DNA of 64,000 nucleotides, from positions 1-64,000 of IMG/VR virus record IMGVR_UViG_3300033145_000767; one strand, given 5' to 3'. Below the pieces are notes generated by a model. The model was given only the letters and a program-made list of their open reading frames with translations, did no database searches and was not told where the DNA came from. Below, one piece after another: positions 47,031 to 56,626 of this stretch (its first letter is position 1; the number at the start of each line of letters is the position of its first letter). Position numbers and translations under genes: made by a program. This DNA comes from a virus.

Positions 47031-47950
47031 CTAAGTTAGCAATTAGGGGACTAAATAAAAAATTTGGTTATGAAGCTTTAAAACCTGCCTCAGAAGAAAA
47101 AGAAAGAGAAAGAATACCTTTTGATTTAGATATTCTAAATGAATTGACAGGTGGGGGTATACCCCTTGGTATGTTTAGTATTTTATGGGGGAATAAGTCC
47201 TGTGGTAAAACTACTCATACTTATGGGCTAATAGCAAGGGCACAGAAAATGGGTAAGTTGTGTGCTTTTTTTGACTTAGAACATTCTTTTGATACACATT
47301 GGGCTAAGAAATTTGGTGTGGATATAGATAAATTATTGATAGGGCATTTTGATACTGCTGAACAAGCTATGGATACATTTATAGAATTAGCAGATAAGAA
47401 AGCTATAGACTTTGTAGTACTTGATAGTGTTCAATCTTTAAGCCCTGAGGGGGAACAACATAAAAAGAAGAGTGAAAAGATTAAATCTACAAGTGATGAT
47501 ACAATGGCTCTATTAGCTAGAAAGCTATCACAGTTCTTTAGAATGAGTGGTAATAGGGCATATAAGGCTAATGTAGGTTTACTTCTTATAGGTCAAGCTA
47601 GAGTAGACCTAAGTGGTTTTATACCAATGCAGAAAATAAGTGGTGGTAATGCTTTAGAACATTGGTCTTCTTTAATTTTACATATAAGAAGGGGTACTAA
47701 AGCTAATGCCCCTAGATATAAATTTAATAATGAAGAAGGTAAAAAAAGAGAAATAATTATAGGGTTTGATACATGTGTTGTTTTAGATAAAAAGAAACTA
47801 CCTTTTTGTGCCCCTGAAAAAACAGAAGTTCACTTCCCATTCTTTGAGTCAGCTGGCTGGAATGAACCAACAAGGGAACAGATAGAGGAATGCTACGGAG
47901 ATTGGATAGAATTTGAAAAGGAGGCTGAATCTGATGAAGATAGCGATTAA
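46970..47950 (+). CDS. recA: RecA/UvsX recombinase
   Basis: GGGIP.G, GNKSCGKTT, DLEHSFD, VLDSV, LARK.SQ, SGGNAL. Confidence 0.92.
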   Translation: MAKKRKSKEPEVVEQGKEKLAKLAIRGLNKKFGYEALKPASEEKERERIPFDLDILNELTGGGIPLGMFSILWGNKSCGKTTHTYGLIARAQKMGKLCAFFDLEHSFDTHWAKKFGVDIDKLLIGHFDTAEQAMDTFIELADKKAIDFVVLDSVQSLSPEGEQHKKKSEKIKSTSDDTMALLARKLSQFFRMSGNRAYKANVGLLLIGQARVDLSGFIPMQKISGGNALEHWSSLILHIRRGTKANAPRYKFNNEEGKKREIIIGFDTCVVLDKKKLPFCAPEKTEVHFPFFESAGWNEPTREQIEECYGDWIEFEKEAESDEDSD

Positions 47951-48545
47951 ATCCTTAGAAAAAAAGCTAGGTAAAAAACTAAAAAGAAATCTTACAGTTC
48001 TTGGGATAGATTCAGCAAGTACAGCAGGTATGGCTTTATTAAAAGTAAATAGTAGAAGTATAGATTTTACAACCCAGAAACTAAAATTTGGTACACATAA
48101 AAAAGGTACACCAATTAATAGTAAATTAGATACTGGGATTAAAGCAATTCAAGAATATATTGCTTTTAACATACACAAACCAATGGATTTAATTGTCATT
48201 GAAAATGCTTATTTAAACTTAAATAAGTATACTTATGGTTTACTTAGAATGTTATCAGGTATATTTTACTGTGAGTTTTCAGAGTATTCTAAGGATATTG
48301 TATTTTATTATCCTACTGAACATAGAAAGATTACAGGTTTTGATTCTAAAAAAATGAAGGGGGATGCATTAAAGAAATTAGTTGTAACTTGGGTTGAATA
48401 CCTGGGGTTTGGTAAACTATCGCATGATGAAGCAGATGCAATAATGTTAGCTTTAGCAGGCTTAGTTATACAACCCCCTGTGCAACAAGCACTTGAGAAG
48501 AAAAAGAAAGTAAAAGCAAAGAAAAAAAGAATTAAAAAAGCTTAG
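47934..48545 (+). CDS. ruvC: RuvC-like Holliday junction resolvase
   Basis: VLGIDSAS..G, VIENAY, HDEADA. Confidence 0.8.
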   Translation: MKIAIKSLEKKLGKKLKRNLTVLGIDSASTAGMALLKVNSRSIDFTTQKLKFGTHKKGTPINSKLDTGIKAIQEYIAFNIHKPMDLIVIENAYLNLNKYTYGLLRMLSGIFYCEFSEYSKDIVFYYPTEHRKITGFDSKKMKGDALKKLVVTWVEYLGFGKLSHDEADAIMLALAGLVIQPPVQQALEKKKKVKAKKKRIKKA

Positions 48546-48548
48546 TTT

Positions 48549-48569
48549 TTTCATACTTTATGGTATACT
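48549..48569 (+). promoter_or_regulatory. Phage promoter class TTTCAT-N6-TGnTATACT
   Basis: Conserved motif upstream of the protease/polymerase genes. Confidence 0.65.
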
Positions 48570-48594
48570 TATATTGAAGGGTAGGTGTTAATTA

Positions 48595-49554
48595 ATGAAA
48601 GATTTACGAAGGTATATTGCTGTAGTTTTGTTACTAACTGTTGTGGGGCTAAACTCTTATGGTATAAACAAAAATACTGCACATGCTAATTCAAATGCAA
48701 GAGCTACAATTTCATTATCTGGGGGTGTTATTATATTAGCCGATTCTTTTTCTTATTTTATAAAAAATTATATTAAAACTAGAGATTCATCTAATAGTGG
48801 GATGAAAGAACTAGCCCATAGAGAGCTTGAAAATCATGTAAATATCGCTAGAAATAAAGGAAGTATAAAAAGCAATAAAATAACAGCCATGATTAATAAA
48901 GCTTTTATAATACACAATGAGATTGAAATAGAAAATATAAACAAAAAACCTTCATACAAGTATCTTAAATCAGTAACAGTATTTGTAGAGGGGTTACAGC
49001 TAGTTTTTAAAACAGAAGACACACCATTTGATGTAAAAAGATGGTCGGGAACAGGTGTAGTAGTTAAGATAGATAATAAAAACACCTATATATTAACTAA
49101 TAAGCATGTAGCTGGTGGTTATAGAGATGGGCATAAAGAAATCTATATTGCAACTGCAAATAGAAAGTATACATGTGAAATAGTAAAATTACATAAATCA
49201 CAGGATTTAGCGTTATTAAAAATAAACGCTGTTTTAAAAGGCAAAGAGGTTGTTAAGGGTTATAATACACCTGCTATTACTGAACAGGTATTTACAGTAG
49301 GTCATTCTTTAGCCAGACCTTTCATGTATGGTGAAGGTATATTTGCAGGAACAACAATAGAGCATGATGTTTACCAGTTGCCTACAATCGGAGGTCAATC
49401 TGGGAGTGGGGTGTTCAATAAAAATGGTGAATTACTTGGGTTACTATATAGTATATCTGGTACACGAAATGGCTTTGGTGTACAATGGGATTTTACTAGG
49501 GGTAATGTAGTTAAAAGCGTATATGTTAGAGAATTTTTAGAGGAGAATCTATAA
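48595..49554 (+). CDS. Trypsin-like (S1/HtrA-type) serine protease, secreted or membrane-anchored
   Basis: LTNKHV, QDLALL, GGQSGSG triad; N-terminal signal/TM. Confidence 0.9.
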   Translation: MKDLRRYIAVVLLLTVVGLNSYGINKNTAHANSNARATISLSGGVIILADSFSYFIKNYIKTRDSSNSGMKELAHRELENHVNIARNKGSIKSNKITAMINKAFIIHNEIEIENINKKPSYKYLKSVTVFVEGLQLVFKTEDTPFDVKRWSGTGVVVKIDNKNTYILTNKHVAGGYRDGHKEIYIATANRKYTCEIVKLHKSQDLALLKINAVLKGKEVVKGYNTPAITEQVFTVGHSLARPFMYGEGIFAGTTIEHDVYQLPTIGGQSGSGVFNKNGELLGLLYSISGTRNGFGVQWDFTRGNVVKSVYVREFLEENL

Positions 49555-49829
49555 TGAGTGAAATAAATAAATATAAGAAATGTAAATCAAAGAAGTGTAA
49601 TAATAAAGTCCATGTTATGCATCCATCAGGGATATGTGCTTTTTGCCCTGTAAAACCATATTGGCAAGAAGAATTTGAAGATAAAATACAGTTTAGTAAT
49701 TGGGGTGATTTAGATTTTTTAAGCACTGATTATAACATAGAAAGACTATGTGAAAAATTTATCGGAGAAGCTAAACAAAAAGTTAAAGTTAAATGTAAAG
49801 GTGGAATGATACAGATAGAGAGAATATAA
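49554..49829 (+). CDS. Hypothetical protein, paralogue of 20924-21259
   Basis: Shared C-terminus; CxxxxC/CxxC N-terminus. Confidence 0.65.
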   Translation: MSEINKYKKCKSKKCNNKVHVMHPSGICAFCPVKPYWQEEFEDKIQFSNWGDLDFLSTDYNIERLCEKFIGEAKQKVKVKCKGGMIQIERI

Positions 49830-51562
49830 TGGGATTATTTGATGCTATAAAGAAAAAGGAAGCTTTAGCAAATGGTATACTAAATAACATAGATGAAGTA
49901 GATTTTGTTGGGGGTAGAATAACCCTTGATATTGAAACTAATTCTCTTCAAGATAATGCAAAAATACTGGGGGTTGGTTTAAGAACAAATGACAAAAGTT
50001 ATTTTGTACCTTTTGAAAGAATAATAGTTGATAAGTTAAGCAAGTTACTTATGAAAGCTGACCCTCTTATTCTTCATAATGCTATCTTTGATTTAAACTT
50101 ATTAAAAATAAATGGGGTAAACTTTACAGAAAATGTATTTTGTACTCAAGTAGCCTCATGGCTAGAAGACGAAAATCAATCTCATAAATTAGTAGATTTA
50201 ACCTTCGTTAAATTTGGGGAAGAGATTACAGAATATAAAGAATTTAGTAACCCTGATTTAATACAATTAGCTATACATTGTAAAAAGCAAATACCTGCAA
50301 CAGAAATGTTGTATGATTACTATATGGAAAATCTAGATATACCTATGGATTTGATAAATCTAGAAATGAAGATTACTCCTATATTGTTACATATGCAGAG
50401 GGAAGGGCTATATATAGATGTTGATAAGCTCCTTGACTTAAAAAAAGAATATAAAGTAGAGGTAAAAAAGCTAGAAAAAGAAGTATTAGCCTTAATGCCT
50501 AGTAAAGTAGATATAATGTCCCCAAAGCAACTAAGTAATATGCTCTTTAATATTATGGGGTTTAGACCCGAGGGGGAGTTAAATAAGGCCGGTTACTATT
50601 CAACGGCTAAAGAAGTTCTTAAGAAGTTAGGATTAAAGCATGCAGTAGCAAAGAAGATTTTAGAATTTAGGGAAAAGATTAAAACTCAAAATACTTATAT
50701 AGACCCCCTGCTTATTAAAAGATGGGCAGATGGTAAGGTACACACCCATTTTAAGCCTACAGGCACTAGGGTGGGTAGACTTTCTTCTAAGAACCCTAAT
50801 GTTCAACAGGTTACAAATAAAGAGCCTAGAATTAGAAAGATATTTAAAGCCCCAAGGGGGTATAAGTTATTGATTGCTGATTATAGCCAAATGCATTTAA
50901 GGATATTGGCTCACTTTTCACAAGAACCAAAAATGCTTAAAATATTTAATGACCCCAAAGGGGACATTCACCAAACTACTGCTGACTTAGTAGGTGTTTC
51001 AAGGGATGAAGCAAAGATAGTAAACTTTGGTATACTATATGGATTTTCAGCCGGGAGTTTATCAGAGTTTTTGAAAGTACCTTATAAAAAAGGTAAGCAA
51101 ATAATGAAAGAGTATAAAGAAACATATAAGTGTGTGTTTCAGTTTATGGCCCAGGTTATACAGTTCTTTAAAGCTAATGGTTATGTATATACGCTTCTAG
51201 GGAGAAAAAGAAGGTTAATATATGATAGTAGCTTTTCAGAAGGTAAGAAAGGTTATCTAGAAAGGGAAGCTTTTAACTCAGTAGTTATTGGTAGTGAAGC
51301 TGATATAATGAAGACAGGCATGGTTAATGTATATGAATTAACTAAACAATATGGCTTTAGTATGGTTAATCAGGTACATGATGAATTAGTGTTACAAATT
51401 AAAGAAGAAGATATAACAAAAGAACTGCTATTAAAGGTGCAAGAAGCTTTAGATTATGATTTAGGTTCTGTTGTAGTTAATAGTGAAATTATAATAGCTG
51501 ACAACTGGGGAGAGAAAAAGACAGGCGAAAAGTTTGATATAGAAAGCTATGAAGGGATATAA
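49829..51562 (+). CDS. polA: Family A DNA polymerase (3'-5' exo + pol) with atypical conserved residues
   Basis: DIET, HNAIFD, GRLSS..PN.Q, ADYSQMHLR, R..AK.VNFG.LYG, VHDEL. Confidence 0.93.
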   Translation: MGLFDAIKKKEALANGILNNIDEVDFVGGRITLDIETNSLQDNAKILGVGLRTNDKSYFVPFERIIVDKLSKLLMKADPLILHNAIFDLNLLKINGVNFTENVFCTQVASWLEDENQSHKLVDLTFVKFGEEITEYKEFSNPDLIQLAIHCKKQIPATEMLYDYYMENLDIPMDLINLEMKITPILLHMQREGLYIDVDKLLDLKKEYKVEVKKLEKEVLALMPSKVDIMSPKQLSNMLFNIMGFRPEGELNKAGYYSTAKEVLKKLGLKHAVAKKILEFREKIKTQNTYIDPLLIKRWADGKVHTHFKPTGTRVGRLSSKNPNVQQVTNKEPRIRKIFKAPRGYKLLIADYSQMHLRILAHFSQEPKMLKIFNDPKGDIHQTTADLVGVSRDEAKIVNFGILYGFSAGSLSEFLKVPYKKGKQIMKEYKETYKCVFQFMAQVIQFFKANGYVYTLLGRKRRLIYDSSFSEGKKGYLEREAFNSVVIGSEADIMKTGMVNVYELTKQYGFSMVNQVHDELVLQIKEEDITKELLLKVQEALDYDLGSVVVNSEIIIADNWGEKKTGEKFDIESYEGI

Positions 51563-51595
51563 TGAGTAAAAAAGGTGAAAAACACTATATGAAAA

Positions 51596-51910
51596 ATGAT
51601 TAAGTGGCTACCAATTACAATAATATATTACATAATTCACTCAGTAATCTCTTACAAAGTAAATATTGTAGGGGGTTGGAAGTGGGGGGCAATATGTTAT
51701 GCTCTAGGTTTCATACCCCTGTGGTTATGGGTGTGCATGGTGTCAGATAACCTATTAAGAGATGGGTTAATATTTGATACAGTATTAGTTGTTACATGTG
51801 CTTTAACATATGCTTATTTGGGTTATGGTAGTAAGTTTACAGTACTTCAATGGGTAGGTGTAGCAGTAGCAGTAATAGGGTTTTTAATCATTCAACTAGG
51901 GGGTAAATAA
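51596..51910 (+). CDS. Small DMT/SMR-like membrane protein
   Basis: 4 TM; QWVGVAVAVIG. Confidence 0.6.
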   Translation: MIKWLPITIIYYIIHSVISYKVNIVGGWKWGAICYALGFIPLWLWVCMVSDNLLRDGLIFDTVLVVTCALTYAYLGYGSKFTVLQWVGVAVAVIGFLIIQLGGK

Positions 51911-52320
51911 TGTATACTGAAATGTACGCTAAGCTAGCTTTAGCATTATGCATTGGTTATTTACTTGGCATTGATAGGGGAAGGTTTCAGAAACCTGCAG
52001 GACTTAGAGACCTTATATTCGTAACACTATCGGGGTGCTTATGCTCACTATTAGGGCTAGAACTACTAAAAATGGGTATGCCAAATGTAGATATGTCAAG
52101 AGTTTTATACGCCCCAATTATAGGGCTAGGGTTTTTAGGTAGTGGGGTTATTATACAATATAAACAAAACATAGAAGGTATCACAACAGCTAGTCTTTTA
52201 TTATTATCAGTAATTCTAGGGCTACTTTGTGGCATAGGCTCATATGAAATAGTCTGTGTAGCAACTTTAGTATCTTATATAGTTTTAAAAGGAAAGTTTG
52301 TGGAAGGGGTGAAAAAGTAA
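51910..52320 (+). CDS. MgtC/SapB family membrane protein
   Basis: LGIDR....KPAGLR, GLGFLGSG.I, EGITTA. Confidence 0.88.
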   Translation: MYTEMYAKLALALCIGYLLGIDRGRFQKPAGLRDLIFVTLSGCLCSLLGLELLKMGMPNVDMSRVLYAPIIGLGFLGSGVIIQYKQNIEGITTASLLLLSVILGLLCGIGSYEIVCVATLVSYIVLKGKFVEGVKK

Positions 52321-52868
52321 TGAGATTTTATTTTACTGCGGATTGCCATTTTAATCATGGGAATGTAATTAAGTATTGTGGGAGACCATTCTCAGATTAT
52401 ACCGAGATGAACGAAACTATAATCAGGAATTGGAACTCAATAGTTAAGCCTGAAGACACAGTATTTCATATTGGGGATTTCATCTTCTATAGAGGTAAGG
52501 AGTGTCCTGAAGGGGAGGATAAGGCAAAGACAATACAGGATAGGCTAAATGGTACAATTATACATATAGAAGGTAATCACGATAAGAATAATACTGTTAA
52601 AGCAATTATACGAAGTTGTGTAATAAAGCTTGGTGGAAAATCTTTATTTCTAGTACATAACCCTAGCTATTCAAATAAGAAATACCCTATCAATCTAGTA
52701 GGTCATGTGCATGAAAAGTGGCTAGTTAGAGAGAATGGTAATAATTCAGTATGCATAAATGTAGGGGTAGACCAGCATAACTTTCGACCTATTGACATAA
52801 ACACTATTTTAAACATATACTATAAGTTTATAAAGGCAAAAGATGAAACACACAAATCTATACTTTAA
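52320..52868 (+). CDS. Calcineurin-like phosphoesterase
   Basis: ADCHFNH, IGDF, GNHD, GHVH, INVGVD. Confidence 0.9.
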   Translation: MRFYFTADCHFNHGNVIKYCGRPFSDYTEMNETIIRNWNSIVKPEDTVFHIGDFIFYRGKECPEGEDKAKTIQDRLNGTIIHIEGNHDKNNTVKAIIRSCVIKLGGKSLFLVHNPSYSNKKYPINLVGHVHEKWLVRENGNNSVCINVGVDQHNFRPIDINTILNIYYKFIKAKDETHKSIL

Positions 52869-53145
52869 TAAAAAAGTTAGAAAAACTTGGGCTGTCAACC
52901 CAGTTGAAAAAGTTAAGAGAAGTAAAAAGAAATACAATAGACAAACAGCTAAGAAAGAGCTAAGGAGAATTAAAAATGATAGTCTATAATGTAACAATAG
53001 AGTATGTGGTGGATGGTGAAAAAATTTATGAAAATAAAACAATGAAAAGAAATGAAGAAATGGATGTAATTAATGACCTTTATTATGAATACCCAGAAGA
53101 GGATTATGAACAATTTAGAATACTATCTATAGAAAGAATATTATA

Positions 53146-54036
53146 ATGAAAGTACTTATTTTCTCAGACCTTCACATAGATAAAAATAGTAGAGAGGAAT
53201 GCAGGAGTATCCTTGCTGAAATACTAAAAATTGCAGGGAAACATAATGTAGATGCCCTATGGAACTTAGGGGATACCTTTAATATGTATAGCCCAGCATC
53301 GGAATGCTTAGATATGTATGCATTATTTGTTTTCTCATGGGGAAAAGACATACTAAATGTAGTAGCTTCCTCACATGAAAGTACTGAATTAGGTAAGAGT
53401 GTTCTAAATCATTTTGAAATACTGTCAAAAGACTACTATATTAAACACCATGAGACAGAGTTATATGGTTATCTATTAGGTCATTATATGTTAAATGAAA
53501 GTTCATGTGGTTATAAGGTAAAGAGAAGTGTTAAGGAACTAAAAAAGTACAAAAGAGTATTCTTAGGGCATCAGCATACTTCTCAAGAGATGGGAAATGC
53601 TATTCACATTGGTAGTTGTAGATATGTAAGCTTTTCAGAATACCTAGATACTAAAAGAGTTTTAATACTAGATTTAGAAACAGATATACTAGAAGAAATT
53701 ATTTTAGAGTCCCCTATACCTATGTCTGTAGTTGGGTGTGATAAAGATAGTATAAATAAACTTTGGTGTGAATTGAAGATTTTAAACCCAAGGAACAAGG
53801 TAAAGGTAATATTTAACGACTTAGAAAGCTACAAAAATAGTATAAACTCTATGTCAGGGTGGTCAAACAAATTTGTAGAATTTAAAATAGAATTGAATTT
53901 TCAAATTAAAGGCACAGAAATTAAAGAAAATAATGATGATAGTTTTAGTAATGATTTTATAAAATGGCTAGATGATAATAACATTGACAAGGAGATTAAA
54001 GAGGTATTAAAGAAAGAAGTTGAAAATGTCAGATAA
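53146..54036 (+). CDS. sbcD: SbcD/Mre11-like nuclease
   Basis: SDLH, LGDTF, SHE, LGHQH, GS.RY.SF.E; next to SbcC. Confidence 0.85.
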   Translation: MKVLIFSDLHIDKNSREECRSILAEILKIAGKHNVDALWNLGDTFNMYSPASECLDMYALFVFSWGKDILNVVASSHESTELGKSVLNHFEILSKDYYIKHHETELYGYLLGHYMLNESSCGYKVKRSVKELKKYKRVFLGHQHTSQEMGNAIHIGSCRYVSFSEYLDTKRVLILDLETDILEEIILESPIPMSVVGCDKDSINKLWCELKILNPRNKVKVIFNDLESYKNSINSMSGWSNKFVEFKIELNFQIKGTEIKENNDDSFSNDFIKWLDDNNIDKEIKEVLKKEVENVR

Positions 54037-54232
54037 AATTGTTAGGTGTTCAAACTGTAGAGAGGAAATATATGAATATATAAATCCCTATAAAAATGAT
54101 GCGTGCGTATCCTCAGATTTTATGGGCATTAATGGTAATAGAAACCCTATAGAAGGGGAAGAAACTTCTTGCCCTAGGTGTAACTATAACATCTTTAACG
54201 ATTTAGCAAAAATAGCAGGGGTGAATAGATGA
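54026..54232 (+). CDS. Zn-ribbon protein
   Basis: CSNC...CPRC. Confidence 0.6.
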   Translation: MSDKIVRCSNCREEIYEYINPYKNDACVSSDFMGINGNRNPIEGEETSCPRCNYNIFNDLAKIAGVNR

Positions 54233-55671
54233 GAGTAAAAAGATTATACCTTAATAATTTTAAACTATTTATAGAAGAAAATATAGAGCCTAAAGGTCTT
54301 AATATTTTTATAGGGGATAATAGGGATAATGAAAGTTCTAACGCTTCTGGTAAGTCTACACTAGCTTTAGAGGCTTTAATGTTCGTATTATATGGGTATA
54401 CTACTGCTAAATTAGCAGATACTATTTCTAAAGGTAAAAATATGGCATCTGTAGAAGTTTTACTAGAGTTAAAAGGTATTGAGTATAAGATTAGTAGAGA
54501 AATACCAAGTAAGCTCTATATGGAAGTTAATGGCGAGGAAAAGCAATTTGCTACAGCTACTATAGCCCAAAAATATATTAACGCCATCTTTGGGGATGTT
54601 GACTTCTTTAAAAAGTTTAGAACTCTTGATATGCAAAGCGGTATAAACCTATTAGACTTAGGTAATACTTCTTTAAAGAATTTACTTATGCAATTTATAC
54701 AAGATTACTTTACCAAGATAAGAAAATCTTTACAAGAGAAGAAACAAAACATGGCTAGATTTCACATCAAGCATAGAATATTCACACATTTTTATTCTGA
54801 GAAAAGAATAGCAGTACTTGACAAACAAATTACTAGGCTTAAGGGTGAATTTGGTTCTACTAAGGGAGACCCTAATACACAAGCTAGAGAGATATATAGT
54901 GAGTTATGTGGAAGTAATACTGCAATTATTAATATAGCACAACATCTTGAAGAGATTAGTAGAAATAACTGCCCTACATGCAATAGGAAACTTCCTAAAG
55001 AGATAAATAAGAAACTAGTAGATGAACTTAATGAAGAGTTAGATATAGCTACAGATAGGAGCCAAGAACTTACAGAACAGTTAGGTAAAACTAATAAAGA
55101 TATAGGAAATTATAACAAAAGGTTAGAAGAAGTACATAATGATTTAAACCATGTTCGTGAGTTAAAGCAAAAAATAGAGCATATGAAAATATTAAAAGAC
55201 TATAAATATACTGATAGGGATGTATCAATCTATACTAGTTCCCTGAGGGTACTTGATAATTTCTCTGCTCTTTATATAGAAAATTGGTTAGCAAGTTTGA
55301 GTGTTATAATCAACGCATTGTTAAAAGAAATAAATATAAGTATCAAATTTGATGCTACCAAAGAATTTATGACAATACAAGATGGTACAGAAACAATGAA
55401 GTATGACCAGCTTAGCACAGGTCAAAAAAGATTTCTTAACATAATATTTAAGTTATCAATATTAATGCATAAAAATTTAGAAGGTATTATAGTAATAGAT
55501 GAGGGAATAGATGCCTTAGATATTACTAATCTTAAAAGATTAATTAGAGTATTTGAATCTTTACCTTTTCAAGTATTTTTAATATCTCAACACTCTGACA
55601 TAAAGAGTTTGAAAGATGTTAAATGTTTTAATATACTTAGGCAAAACAACAAGGCTAAGGTGGTTGCATGA
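54229..55671 (+). CDS. sbcC: SbcC/Rad50-like ATPase
   Basis: NASGKST, CPTC Zn-hook, LSTGQ, IDEG, ISQH. Confidence 0.92.
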   Translation: MRVKRLYLNNFKLFIEENIEPKGLNIFIGDNRDNESSNASGKSTLALEALMFVLYGYTTAKLADTISKGKNMASVEVLLELKGIEYKISREIPSKLYMEVNGEEKQFATATIAQKYINAIFGDVDFFKKFRTLDMQSGINLLDLGNTSLKNLLMQFIQDYFTKIRKSLQEKKQNMARFHIKHRIFTHFYSEKRIAVLDKQITRLKGEFGSTKGDPNTQAREIYSELCGSNTAIINIAQHLEEISRNNCPTCNRKLPKEINKKLVDELNEELDIATDRSQELTEQLGKTNKDIGNYNKRLEEVHNDLNHVRELKQKIEHMKILKDYKYTDRDVSIYTSSLRVLDNFSALYIENWLASLSVIINALLKEINISIKFDATKEFMTIQDGTETMKYDQLSTGQKRFLNIIFKLSILMHKNLEGIIVIDEGIDALDITNLKRLIRVFESLPFQVFLISQHSDIKSLKDVKCFNILRQNNKAKVVA

Positions 55672-56111
55672 GTGCGAAAGGTATAAGATTCTATAAAAGA
55701 AACCCTTGGTTAAGGCACTATTATAATGCTAAAACTAGATGCGAAAATATTAAATATAAAAATTATAAAAACTATGGAGGTAGAGGAATAAAGTTTTTAT
55801 TAACCAAAGAAGAAATAAAGACTATATGGTTTAGGGATAAAGCATGGTTATTAAATAAACCAAGTATAGATAGGGTAAACAATGATGAAGATTATACTTA
55901 TGGTAATTGTAGGTTTATAGAGATAGAAGAAAACAGAATTAAAGATAGTATAAAGGGTGTAAATCAATATAATTTAGAGGGTGTTTTTATCTGTAATTGG
56001 AAAAGTGCCAGACAGATAGAAAGAATATTAGGTATACCTAATAGTAATATTTCTAGTGTATGTAAGGGAAAAAGAATATCAGCACATGGGTATACTTGGA
56101 GGTTTATATAA
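55668..56111 (+). CDS. HNH-type homing endonuclease with NUMOD1
   Basis: YGGRGIKF, PSIDRVNND..Y..NCRF, SAHGYTWRF. Confidence 0.85.
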   Translation: MSAKGIRFYKRNPWLRHYYNAKTRCENIKYKNYKNYGGRGIKFLLTKEEIKTIWFRDKAWLLNKPSIDRVNNDEDYTYGNCRFIEIEENRIKDSIKGVNQYNLEGVFICNWKSARQIERILGIPNSNISSVCKGKRISAHGYTWRFI

Positions 56112-56626
56112 TGAGAAAAGAACCTAAATGGAAATATTTTGTAAGAATGGCTCACTTCTTAATGGGTAGGTTTGGTTTTGATAAGCCCTTAGTTGTGGTA
56201 CGAGATAATAGAATTGATTGTCCCTGCTGTGTAGATGATTGGAATGACGCAGAAAAGATTAAAATTCAATACCACTCAAGAAGACTTGGGCGGGTTCCTT
56301 ACTGTTATGTACTTAGTTTCTTACTACACGAAATAGGTCATTTAGTTAATGAAATGCCTTATGCTACAGATATGGAAGTAATTGAAAGCGAAAGGGAAGC
56401 AGAACGATTCTCTAATGAAACCATTAAAGAAGAGTACCCTGAAGTATACAAACAAATGATAAAGGAGATGAGAAAAAGAAAAAGCTTAGTAAAAATATTT
56501 AGAGAAAAAACCTGTAGAAACCCATACTATTGGGCATACAAAGAATTAAAAGAGTATAAAATAACTACATCAAAGGAGGATAAGAAATGGTTAAGAAAAA
56601 AAGAGAGCCAATTAAAATCCCTGTAG
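56111..56626 (+). CDS. Zn metallopeptidase-like protein (HExxH)
   Basis: LLHEIGH...EREAERF. Confidence 0.7.
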   Translation: MRKEPKWKYFVRMAHFLMGRFGFDKPLVVVRDNRIDCPCCVDDWNDAEKIKIQYHSRRLGRVPYCYVLSFLLHEIGHLVNEMPYATDMEVIESEREAERFSNETIKEEYPEVYKQMIKEMRKRKSLVKIFREKTCRNPYYWAYKELKEYKITTSKEDKKWLRKKESQLKSL

